Shown here in pieces: positions 1 to 10,352 of a stretch of 64,000 nt of DNA. Below the pieces are notes generated by a model. The model saw nothing but the letters and a program-made list of their open reading frames with translations. It was not told where the DNA came from and ran no database searches. Every line of letters starts with the position of its first letter. The stretch's first letter is position 1. Source of the DNA: Ginglymostoma cirratum (lineage: Eukaryota); NCBI GenBank assembly GCA_024137785.1, contig JAHRHZ010000017.1:10727990-10791989 (forward strand). The letters are read 5' to 3'. The position numbers and the translations under genes were made by a program.

Positions 1-34
1 AGTGGCTTTTTCACTGACCTTGCAATTAGGAAGT

Positions 35-805
35 GGGGAAAATCAGATCAGGACTTATACATTGAATGGTAAGGTCCTAAGGGATATTGCTGAACAGAGA
101 GACCTTGGGGTGCAGGTTCATAGTTCCTTGAAAGTGCAGTTGCAGGTCGACAGGGTGGTGAAGATGTTTGGTGCACTTGCCTTTATTGGTCAGTGTATTG
201 TGTACAGAAGTTTGGAGGTCATGTTGTAGCTGTACAGGACATTGTTTTAGCCATTTCTGGAATTCTGCATTCAGTTCTGGTCTCCCTGCCATAGGAAAGA
301 ATGTTGTTAAATTTGAAAGGATTCAGAAAAGATTTACAAGTATGTTGTCAGGTTTGGAGGGTTTGCACTATCGGGAGAAGCTGAATAGTCTGTGGCTATT
401 TTCCCTAGAGCATCGGAGGCTGACGGGTGATGTTATAGAAGTTTATAAAATCATGATGGGTGAGGGCATGGATGGGCTGAATTGACAAGGTCTTTTCCCT
501 GGGTGTGGGAGTCCAAACCTAGAGGGCATAGGCTTAAGGTGAGAGAGGAAAGACTTAAAAGGGACCTAAGGGGCTACCTTTTCATGCAGAGGGTGGTGTG
601 TGTATGGATGGACTGCTGGAGGAAGTGGTAGAGCCTGTTACAATGACAACATATAAAAGGCCTCTGGATGAGTATATGAATAGGAAGGGTTTAGAGGGAT
701 ATGGGTCAAATGCTGGCAAATGGGACTAGATTAATTTAGGATATCTGGTTGGCATGGATGAGTTGAACAAAAGGGTCTGTTTTTATGTTGTACAATTCTG
801 ATTCT
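35..805 (+). mobile_element. CR1/HER1-like LINE, 3' fragment (RT C-terminus plus 3' tail), decayed
   Basis: Translations QRDLGVQVHSSLKV and FERIQKRFTSMLSGLEGLHYREKLNSLWLFSLEHRRL are typical CR1 ORF2 C-terminal motifs. Closely similar to 28320-29068 and 61480-62472. Confidence 0.9.
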
Positions 806-1159
806 AAGCAAAGAAGGGCCTGAGGGCTCTCTGGAGCAGCTACACAGCCTGCTTCTGGGTTCCCACCTTAAGGCTGTTGATCTGTCCTTGATTGCACTGA
901 CTGGAAACAGACTGGAAAAAGCCTATTGACCTCCTTAACTTATTCTTGACAAAACTCTAATTGCCTATCAGCCACTGCACCCCCCCCCACCCCACTGAAA
1001 ATGGCCAATACTGGGTATGTGATTAGGAAACAAGTGCAAAAAACCTAGTATTGTCACTTTCAAATGATCTACCTCTTCAGTCCTAATGTCACAACACTTT
1101 CTCTTAGTAACTATATGTATCATTAATTTCCTATGGAAGCTTTGAAAAATTTAAAATCA

Positions 1160-1310
1160 ATAGATGGATTGGTTATGTTAAATTGCCCATAGTGTTCTGG
1201 GATGTGTAGATTAGGTGGGTCATGGGGGATGGGTCTGGGTGGGATGCTCTGAGGGTCAGCGTGGACTTGTTGGTATGAAGGGCCTGTTACCACACTGTAG
1301 GGATTCTACA
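1160..1310 (+). mobile_element. HE1/V-SINE 3' half
   Basis: taaattgcccatagtg...gggcctgttaccacactgtagggattcta matches the 3' part of the copies at 40061-40373 and 14729-15008. Confidence 0.7.
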
Positions 1311-2256
1311 TATGAAATATTCTTGTATAATAACTGATATTTAGGTACTACCTGAGGTTGCTTTTAAGATTAAATTCCTAATTTACAGCTTTTTTGGAGG
1401 TCCTCTGTTGTAATCTGGCTTTTTTTTTAGAGGAGTCTGGTGGTTTGCAGTGGGTACTGCTGTTTCCATTCTACACATTTTGTCTGAGGCAAAATGGCTA
1501 CAATGTCACCCCCTTGGAGTGAAGAGAAAACCTGTGAAGTTAACAGCAATGCTTTATTACATTTAAATTGTTATTTAAGATCAATTTGTTATTTTGCCAT
1601 CCAGCTGCAATTGCAGAGGACAAAGGAGACAATTCAAGCCCCTACAAGTGTGTAGAGCCACAAAGCTGATCCCTACCAAGGGGCAAACCAATTAATAAAC
1701 ATTAATATTTGGAAATCAGCATAATCATATTGGTCCTCCCATTTTTAAGTATACAAGGTGAGTTGGACTAGTATGTTTCATCCCCAGCTTTACTGGGTTT
1801 TTTCCCCTTCTGGGTGGATTCAAACAGTTTCTCTTATGAAGAGAGAAATGATAAAACCTGCACATTTCAATCTGAAAAAGTGATTGACAGATAGTAATAT
1901 AGAGGTATGAAAGCATCCATGACAATGGAATAGATTAAACAAGAATATTGTTTAAATTAAATTGCTGAGGTTTTACCAGTCTGTCTTCATAATTTAGACT
2001 GTTTGATCCTACCCAGAAGGAAAAACCAGTAAAACTGGAAAATGATAGATACTGGTCCAACTCATCTTGTGACAAACCAGTATAGACAAGAAAAACATAA
2101 ATTTTGATCTAATGTGATAAACTATTTTCCCTAGAGTGTTTAGTAGAAGCAGACCATTCCAATGCTGAAACATGAGAACTTTGAGATTTTACCATTGTTG
2201 AATCGTGTGTAATTGATTTGTTCTAGGTGTCAGGAAGCTGCTATGCTGGAAACTGG

Positions 2257-2875
2257 ATCAGAGACAAAAGGTACTGCAGATGCTGGAGAATCCGAGATAA
2301 CAAGCGTGGGGCTGGATGAACACAGCAGGTCAAGCAGCATCACAGGAGCAGGAAAACTTGANNNNNNNNNNNNNNNNNNNNNNNNNNNNNNNNNNNNNNN
2401 NNNNNNNNNNNNNNNNNNNNNNNNNNNNNNNNNNNNNNNNNNNNNNNNNNNNNNNNNNNNNNNNNNNNNNNNNNNNNNNNNNNNNNNNNNNNNNNNNNNN
2501 NNNNNNNNNNNNNNNNNNNNNNNNNNNNNNNNNNNNNNNNNNNNNNNNNNNNNNNNNNNNNNNNNNNNNNNNNNNNNNNNNNNNNNNNNNNNNNNNNNNN
2601 NNNNNNNNNNNNNNNNNNNNNNNNNNNNNNNNNNNNNNNNNNNNNNNNNNNNNNNNNNNNNNNNNNNNNNNNNNNNNNNNNNNNNNNNNNNNNNNNNNNN
2701 NNNNNNNNNNNNNNNNNNNNNNNNNNNNNNNNNNNNNNNNNNNNNNNNNNNNNNNNNNNNNCCCTTCATCAGAAAATCATTTTCTGATGAAGGGTTTAGG
2801 CCCGAAACATCAAGTTTTCCTGCTCCTGTGATGCTGCTTGACCTGCTGTGTTCATCCAGCCCCACGCTTGTTATA
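2257..2875. mobile_element. Penelope-derived fold-back (palindromic) mini-element with hammerhead core; spans a 400-N assembly gap
   Basis: The arms are reverse complements. Direct repeat CTGGAAACTGG at 2246-2256 and 2876-2886 (TSD). CTGATGA-AGGG-TTTAGG-CCC-GAAAC at 2784-2808. Confidence 0.85.
2362..2761. other. Assembly gap (400 N)
   Basis: Run of N in the sequence. Confidence 1.
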
Positions 2876-3859
2876 CTGGAAACTGGTGTCAGGCACTGAT
2901 GGGTTATTCTTCACAGGGCACCCTGGGCACAGACTAAGCTGCAAAAGTGAGGCAGGCAGGCAAAATTTGCACCCCCGTGGCGATATCAAACCTTGGCTTG
3001 AGGATGGACACTGTATGCAACCCTCATGTAAAAGGCCCACAGGAATGGTGTCTGACCTGACTACCGCTTCTGCATTGGGTGTCTGAAGATGAGGAGCAGA
3101 TTATGTACATACGTTGCCCAACTCCTTCGGTATTTCCAACAGATTGGTTTAGCTTTCACCAAGTAAAAGAATGCCAATCAAATAATAAGTACCCCACCAT
3201 GACTTGCAATGGCTCTTGGTTTCTATTGTCTCAAATTTTGGTTTGTGAAGTATTCATTGATAAGGATTAAATACAGGAATAAATGAATTAAAGCACTGTT
3301 AACACTGTACAGTACTTGATCTTGTTTTTAGTGACTGGACTTTTGCTGCCTTTCTGTACATTCACCCAGAAGAACCTGTAGTTTCAATGAAACACCCATT
3401 GACCGCGGGAAATAGTCTCTGGATTCCAGGAAAACATCACGGTGCGCCAGCCAATAGGCATCGACCAGCAGCGTCACAATGGAGAGGCTGTGGCTGACGT
3501 CAACTCGGATGTGCGCGCCGGCAAAACAGGTTCCGGGCCTCGCTCCCTCCGCAGTGGTGAAGCGCCGAGAGACTACCCAGAAATTACGTCACGGCATTTC
3601 CCCGTCCCCGTTGCGAAACCCGGAGTGTCACCTCGTGCAGCCAGAGTTTGTGAATCACGGAACAAATCGAAAGAGTGATCCCGGGATTTGGGCGCCTCCG
3701 AGGTAGATTTCAAGGCGTTTTCCTCGCCGGTTTTTGTTGTTTTGGGGCGGATCTATATTCTGAGGCGTGTTGATACAGCACGTTGTCCTGTGGGGTTAGG
3801 CGCCGCGCACTGCGCCTGCTCCTTTCTTTTCCCCATTTTATTTTTTGTTTCAAGACAAG

Positions 3860-4063
3860 ATGGCGGCGGGTGAGGGCATTCTGATCGGAGACAAGGTTTA
3901 TTCGGCTGTCTTCCTGACTATCGACAATTCCCTCATCCCCGAGGAGAAGCTCTCACCCACGCCGTCCATGCAGGATGGCCTGGACCTGGAGGTGGAGACC
4001 GACCTGCGGATCCTGGGCTGTGAACTGATCCAGTCGGCCGGGATCCTGCTGCGTTTACCGCAG
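3860..4063 (+). CDS. CCNL1: Cyclin L1 coding exon 1
   Basis: ATG 3860; MAAGEGILIGDKVYSAVFLTIDNSLIPEEKLSPTPSMQDGLDLEVETDLRILGCELIQSAGILLRLPQ; donor GTGGGT at 4064. Confidence 0.97.
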
Positions 4064-4178
4064 GTGGGTGGATCTTGGCGGGCTCCGGCTCAGGCCGCGA
4101 CGCGGAGGCCGCGCCTTATCCTCGTCTCTGGTTGCTGACACTCTGTTTTCTATGTCCTTTCTCCCCTCCCCCCGGCAG

Positions 4179-4253
4179 GTGGCCATGGCGACAGCTCAGG
4201 TTCTTTTTCAGCGGTTCTTCTTCTCCAAGTCCTTCGTTAAACACAGTTTCGAG
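4179..4253 (+). CDS. CCNL1: Cyclin L1 exon 2 (75 nt)
   Basis: Polypyrimidine tract and CAG acceptor; VAMATAQVLFQRFFFSKSFVKHSFE; donor GTGAGT. Confidence 0.97.
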
Positions 4254-5508
4254 GTGAGTCCCATGGGCGGGCCGCTCGGCGTCAAGTGGGGGAGGGGGAA
4301 CCTCTGGGCCGATCCATTCCGTTTTCTGGATGGTTTGAATTCGATCGTTTTAGCCCAGCTTCGGCCGAAACCACCCGGAAATGGAGGCCGGGTGGAGTCG
4401 GTCAACCAAAATGGAAGTGATCCACCGTTTAAGGGTGGGTGGGGGCGGGGGGATAGGAGAGGCATCTTCCCCCAACGTGGGGGTAGCGTGAGGATCGCAA
4501 TTTCAACTTTTAAACATACTCTGAATACGTGTGGTGTTGTATTCTTGCCGTTAGATTAGGTTTGAAGTGAAATGGGTCTAACGTTTCAGATTCAGTATCT
4601 CTTGTGGTAAACGTAAGTGGCTGTTTGCGATGTAGCTAAATTTGATGGCGCTGATTTGTTTTAATTCTTCATTGCCTTGGTTACATAACCTTCGTGTTCT
4701 TGTCTGACAGATTACTGTTTTTTATGCGATCTTCAGTTGATCTTTACATTAGTTACTTGGAATGGGTTTCAGTGAGTTTTAAAAGTTCCATCACAATTTG
4801 TGACGTGGTGCTTCTGATCACATGCTTGCATACCGTAGATTGTCTTTTAGACATCAAGTAAGGAATAGAGCAGAAAGGGGGAAATGAGTGGGTAATGAAG
4901 GTGGATTCAGTTTTTATGCCAGTGGTAACCACCAGGGGTGTCAGACAATTTGAACTGCTGTTAGTGATCTAATGACCTCTGCTGTAATCATTGATCCTCG
5001 AACTACATTTTATTCATAAACCTCAAATGTAGACAGTGGAAACGTTTGCCTGCATTGCAGGAGAATAAGAGTCTTCTGATGCTGATCTAAGCACTAGTTT
5101 CAGCAGGATTCCTTCCTCGTACTTCCTCAAACATGCAGTTTTGTGGTGTAGAGTTTAAGCAAATCTTTGTACAGTTATGCTGTGACTTCTAACCCTGCTT
5201 TAGCTTCACTCCTACGCAATGCTACTTTAGGTTAGTGATCTTTCAAACTTTGGGTTGTGCCTCATGCTGTGGTATAACACATGACGCAAGATGTTTAGCT
5301 TTAAGAAAAAGGTTAACATTGCCTTATGTTGTGAAGAGAACAAAAGGTGCTACTTAATCTCTGGACGCCCAAATATCAATTTGCCTTTTGAAAGATGGCC
5401 TACAAGGATTGTTTTAAGTGGTATGTTGCTTTTACTGCAAAGTATCCACTGACTGTGGAGTTAATATTTTGGTCAATTAGCTGGTAATCGAAATGATTCT
5501 TTTTACAG

Positions 5509-5618
5509 ATTGTTGCAATGGCTTGTATCAATCTTGCATCCAAAATAGAGGAAGCACCTCGTCGTGTGAGAGATGTGATAAATGTATTTCATCATTTGCG
5601 CCAGCTAAGAGGCAAAAG
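5509..5618 (+). CDS. CCNL1: Cyclin L1 exon 3 (110 nt)
   Basis: TTTTTACAG acceptor; [36 protein letters not shown] (cyclin box); donor GTAAGC. Confidence 0.97.
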
Positions 5619-6612
5619 GTAAGCCCTTTTCTTCAAATCCAGTGTTTCTTAATATTCAAAAAAAAATTCCTTAACTTGACCATGCTTTCAGGGTTCCTCC
5701 TCATCATTTGTATCTGATCTTCACTGTTGACCGATTGAGGAAAACAGTGATGCTATGAGGTATACTGATCAGCATAGTCCTGGTACCACTGCTGCTATAC
5801 TTGGTCACAGTGGCAAATTTTGGGGAAGGATGAACAGGAAGAATGTATTACTGCCCAGTTATTCCTGCTAGAATATGCTTGGGGCTGGCATAAAGTTTGT
5901 GATCAAGTAGCCTGCTAATGCTTCTGCCCTAAGCTGTGGAAGACAAATGGTGACTTGTGTAGTGCAAGTGATTTCTCACAGAAATCTCTACTTAGTGAGT
6001 TGTAATCCTTGAACACAAATTGGAGCGAGCATGAACTCAAAACAAAAATAACAATGGCTTGTCTGGTGAAAGGAAATTTTGTAATTTAGATTGGGAATAA
6101 AACATTAATTAGCACAAATGAGAAAGTTAAGGTAGGAAGTCATAGTACTTTTGAGTCATACTGTTAAATTCATAGCTGCTGAACATCAAATTAAGTTAGA
6201 GAATATTTCTCTTTTGCCATAACATTCTGAAATAAGGTGGACAAGAATGATGTGTCATTGTTAATGAACTTTGTTCTGTTGTGATCAGGTATAATTGTTT
6301 TAAGTACTGTATAGGAGTGTTGCTGTTGGAGGGAGACTGGGTTTCCTTCTGAAGATTGCACTCTTCTTGTATAGTGTCAAGTTCCCAACCTAAAGTATGG
6401 GCTCTACCACTGGGACTTTGAATTTTGTTATAACAATGTAAGTGCAAGGAGGGAGCAGACACACATTGGTTTCTTTTGTAACTGAGACTGAAACAACTGA
6501 TATAAAGGTACCTTCACTTAGCTTGCAAAATTGCTGACTGAAGTGTGGAAGTTTGAGAATTAATCAAATAGATGAGAGGAACTCGAGTAAAACGAACTGA
6601 CAATGTTCTGGA

Positions 6613-6799
6613 ATAGTAGGAACTGCAGATGCTGGAGAATCTGAGATAGCAAGGTGTAGAGCTGGATGAGCACAGGCCGAGCAGGAAAGCTGACATTTCG
6701 GGCCTAGACCCTTTCTGAAGAAGGGTCTAGGCCCGAAACGTCCGCTTTCCTGCTCCTCTGATGCTTCTTGGCCTGCTGTGTTCATCCAGCTTTACACTG
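6613..6799. mobile_element. Penelope-derived fold-back mini-element with hammerhead core, in CCNL1 intron 3
   Basis: Inverted arms around ...GACCCTT-TCTGAAG-AAGGGTC...; CTGAAGA at 6715-6721 and GAAACGTC ending 6742. Degenerate 15-bp TSD TGACAATGTTCTGGA (6598-6612) / TGATAACATTCTGGA (6800-6814). Confidence 0.85.
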
Positions 6800-7500
6800 T
6801 GATAACATTCTGGATCTCATTGAAGTGTTCATGAGTTATGCAATATTTTGATGCTATTTCCCATCTCGGAGGAAGGCAGCCTGGAGACGCCGGCACAAGG
6901 AACACATAACTAAAAACTTGGCAGTATGAGTCTGGGTGCAGAAGGGTGTTAGACCTGAATCTATTTAAAACTGCTCTGAATACATTACCACTATATGAAC
7001 ATGTAGTAGGAAAACAAGAAATAAGTTACAAATGTTGATTTTCTAAAGTGCGAAGAGTTGTAAGAAATGCTGCATTGTTAGAATTTGTATATCTGATTAA
7101 TTGAAGCTAGTAACTTTTAATTCCATAGAAATGTGTAAATGGGAAAATGGAACAAATGATTTCTTGAAATTGAAAGGCTGCTCGTGATCGGAAATTTAAA
7201 TTCTTAGCCTGTTATGTCACTGTGTGTGGGGGGGGGATGTTGGGAAAGTGCATTCCCTTTTCACTATATTGACTAAGTGGTGTATCGAGATGAATTCTTT
7301 GTTTAGTCAAAAAAAAAGTGACAGGGCACAATTTCACTAGCTTTAAGCAAAAAGCCTTGGTAGAAAATTTTGTCTTGAGTAACACGAATGTAAAAATTTT
7401 TCTTGGATTACTTCTTACTGTGATCGTTTTTACTATTGTGCATGAAGTTAAAATGCAATATTGACTTTTATTCTTTTTTCCCTTGCAACCAACCTAACAG

Positions 7501-7540
7501 CGACCAACTACATTTACCAAAGACTGGGTGATGTGGAATG
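7501..7540 (+). CDS. CCNL1: CCNL1 alternative premature-stop (poison) exon in intron 3, cyclin L1-gamma-like
   Basis: Acceptor ...CCTAACAG at 7499-7500. Spliced to exon 3 it reads S-D-Q-L-H-L-P-K-T-G-stop (TGA 7529-7531). Donor GTACGT at 7541. Matches the recalled human isoform tail SDQLHLPKPG. Confidence 0.88.
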
Positions 7541-8169
7541 GTACGTAAAGATGAAGCTGTCGACATGGCAACAGTGAAAATAAGAAGTGCCGTTTGATCC
7601 CGATGGAGAACCAGTGCTCTTTGAACGGGTCACTGGAATCGGGGGCTTTGGAAGGTTGGGCACAGCACCATTAAAACCTAGGAACTCCTGTACTTGGTTC
7701 TCAGCTTTTTGTCTTTGCTGTCCAGATGGTACCATCACATTTTTGCCTTGGTTTTTTAGTCATCTATTCTGAATGAGAGGGAGGTTAGTATGCTTCTTCA
7801 GAAATTTAAAGCTTGGAATCACTTTCTTTTCCAACTTCTTAAAATGGCCTCTGAAAGCCTGATTTAGTGAAGTGCTGGAGAAGTTAGATCAATGTGCTTA
7901 TTTTTATACATTCCTTGAATTTTAATACTTAGTTTAGAGAGTAAAGATTGAATTTGTGGAAAAATAAGAATTTGCTAGGGCTGTCATTCATCATACATGT
8001 CCTCATACATTTTGAACTTACGTAAATAGGTTCATCTTGCTTTATGTTCGATGCAAAAATTGTCCAAAATATGGCAAATGGATTCTGGTTGGGGTGACAA
8101 ATTGGATGGAATTTTTATCTTGCAAAAAGTATCTTTACTGAGTCAGGCTTGGATATTTAATGCCAACTG

Positions 8170-8840
8170 ACAAGTTTCAACAAGTGAAGTCTGGCAGGCA
8201 TCTGTGCAGGGATGTCTGTTTTTACAGTTATCAATGACCTGGATAGGGGAAGTGAAGGGATAGTAGATGACACACAGATAGTTAAGCAACGATGTTGTGA
8301 AGAGGTCATAAGGAAGATGCAGGTGTATGCAGATTTAATGAGTGAGCAATGAGTGAAAAGCAGCCCTTTATTGCAAGAGGAATTGAGCATAAAGATAAGG
8401 CTGTTATGTTTCAGTTATATAAGACATTGAGACCACAACATCCGTACTATGCAATTTAGGTCTCAAGGTCAGAAGTGTTTTATTTATTCATTTGTGGAAT
8501 GTGGGTGTCGCAGGCTGGCCAGCATTTCTTGCCCATTCCTAGTTGCCCTTGAGAAGATGGTGGTGAGCTGCCTTCTTGAACCGGTACAGTCCTCCTGTGG
8601 GTTGACCCACAATGTTATGAGGGAGGATTTTGGCCCATGAATGTGAGTGCATGGTAGTGTTTCGGAAGAGGTTTATTAGATTGATACCTGTATGTAATGG
8701 GCCCCCTTACAGGGAAAGATTGGAGCAACTAGGCTTGTTTTCACTGGAGTATAGAAGAGTGACAGGTAACTTTTTGAAGTATATCAGATGCCAAACAGAC
8801 CTGATTGTATGTGGAATCGATGTTTCCTACTATGGTTGAG
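8170..8840 (+). mobile_element. Highly decayed CR1 LINE fragment with an inserted SINE/LINE tail (about 8487-8640, minus)
   Basis: RKRFIRLIP..YRERLEQLGLFSLEYRR motif; attcatttgtggaatgtgggtgtcgcaggctggccagcattt tail in reverse. Confidence 0.7.
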
Positions 8841-10289
8841 CGATTAATAGCCATCTTACACTGCCACTAAACTTATTGTGAGTGCAGCCACATTTCCTTG
8901 GAGTGTCAGAACTACAGAAAGACTGTCCAGCAATGAAAGTCCAATAGCGTGGAGAGATGTACCTAAGTTTGCTGAATCAAACTTTATTGTATCGTTATCT
9001 TGAAAAGATTTATTCTTGGTGTTGAATCTCTGTTGATAAAATCTTACCTGAGTTAATGAAGAAATGGTGCTAGATCAAACAGTTTTCAAATTCAAATTGG
9101 TAAGCCAATGCCTGGAAAATCCTGGTCAATAAGTTAGGAAGACTGGAGGCATTGAAATGATATATGTTAGTACTGGTGTAGGCAAACTTCAACCTATACC
9201 CCTGAAAATGGTGTTAAGTAATGGTTTAGAAACTTAAATGGCTGAAGGTAGGAATGTACCTAAACTTGTTCAGACCAAAATAGCAACAAGAAAATTGACA
9301 TCAAAGCGCACTAAATTTTGGAAGATTATGTTCCCAGAGTATCTACCATTCGCAATGTTCATTGGTAAAATAGAATTTGTGGCGAATCAGTTTGTAGCGC
9401 CCTGCACTACCAGTTTTATTTAAATGCGTTGTTTGTAGATTTGGATTTTAACGAAGTCTGTATATCACAGACATTTTGCATGGAATCAGAAAAAAATAGC
9501 TTAATGCTTTTAATCCAATACAAAAAGTGTAAATTGCATTTTAAGTATCAGCATATTTTCTTCTGATTCCTGAAGGGTGAGGATTAAGACAAGTGTATGT
9601 ATAGATATGATTTGCTTTCTTTTTAGGTATATATTTTAAATCTATTTATTTGAATGTGTAACAGTTTAAGACAATATTGAGATCATTTGCAGTGCGGATT
9701 GAAAAGTACAGGGAAAATAACTTGTAGGGAAAGAAATTGTAATTACTGCACAGCGACTTAACATGGACAGTTTCCATTATAGATTGCACATCCCACATTC
9801 CTCTAAACAGAAAACTTTGCACTGACAAGACAAAGCAAGCTCTTCAGATAGTTACTGGTAGATGGATAAATGTGCAACTGTTATTTAAAATTGATTTTAA
9901 AACTTTCGTTATGCATATTTGCTATGAATTTTTCATTTTCTCACTTCAGCTTTTGGGGAGTGAATCCATGAGTAAAAACTTTGTGTCCTAAAAGTGTCTT
10001 CAGGTAGTGACATTTGATGAATTGGCTATGGGGACCGCACTACTAACAAGTGAGATCTTTGCCAATATTTACCCAAATCATAAGGAAGAACCCACCCAGG
10101 CTGATATTTTTGTTTTTCCTCATGCTTTCCTACCAAATCCATTTTTTTGCAAATACTGTCTTACTGAGCTCGGCCTAGCTTTAAACCACAGGGCTGCTGG
10201 TGTGTACTTCCCAATGTTGCACACAGGTAGTGGTTTTATCAATCTTCAGCATTAGACAATTAATTTAGTCAAGAAGAAATAATGTAAGC

Positions 10290-10352
10290 CTGCTCCTGCT
10301 CCTATGATGCTGCTTGACCGGCTGTGTTCATCCAGCCCCATGCTTGTTATCT
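10290..10352 (+). mobile_element. Truncated copy of the Penelope-tail mini-element
   Basis: Matches 2820-2874. Perfect 11-bp TSD ATAATGTAAGC at 10279-10289 and 10353-10363. Confidence 0.85.

Larger units (their letters stand above)
3400..4500 (+). promoter_or_regulatory. CpG island / CCNL1 promoter with CCAAT box, CRE sites and YY1 motif
   Basis: The only CpG-dense stretch in the window. CCAAT 3451-3455, full CRE TGACGTCA 3495-3502, TTACGTCA 3584-3591, and YY1 consensus AAGATGGCGGC overlapping the ATG at 3860. Confidence 0.85.

Noticed and set aside
2213-2899. Long ORFs of 171-228 aa in the ORF track
   Set aside because: Artefacts of the N run plus repeat sequence.
3442-4559. Several overlapping ORFs around the promoter and exons 1-2
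   Set aside because: Explained by the GC-rich CpG island and read-through of CCNL1 exons into introns.
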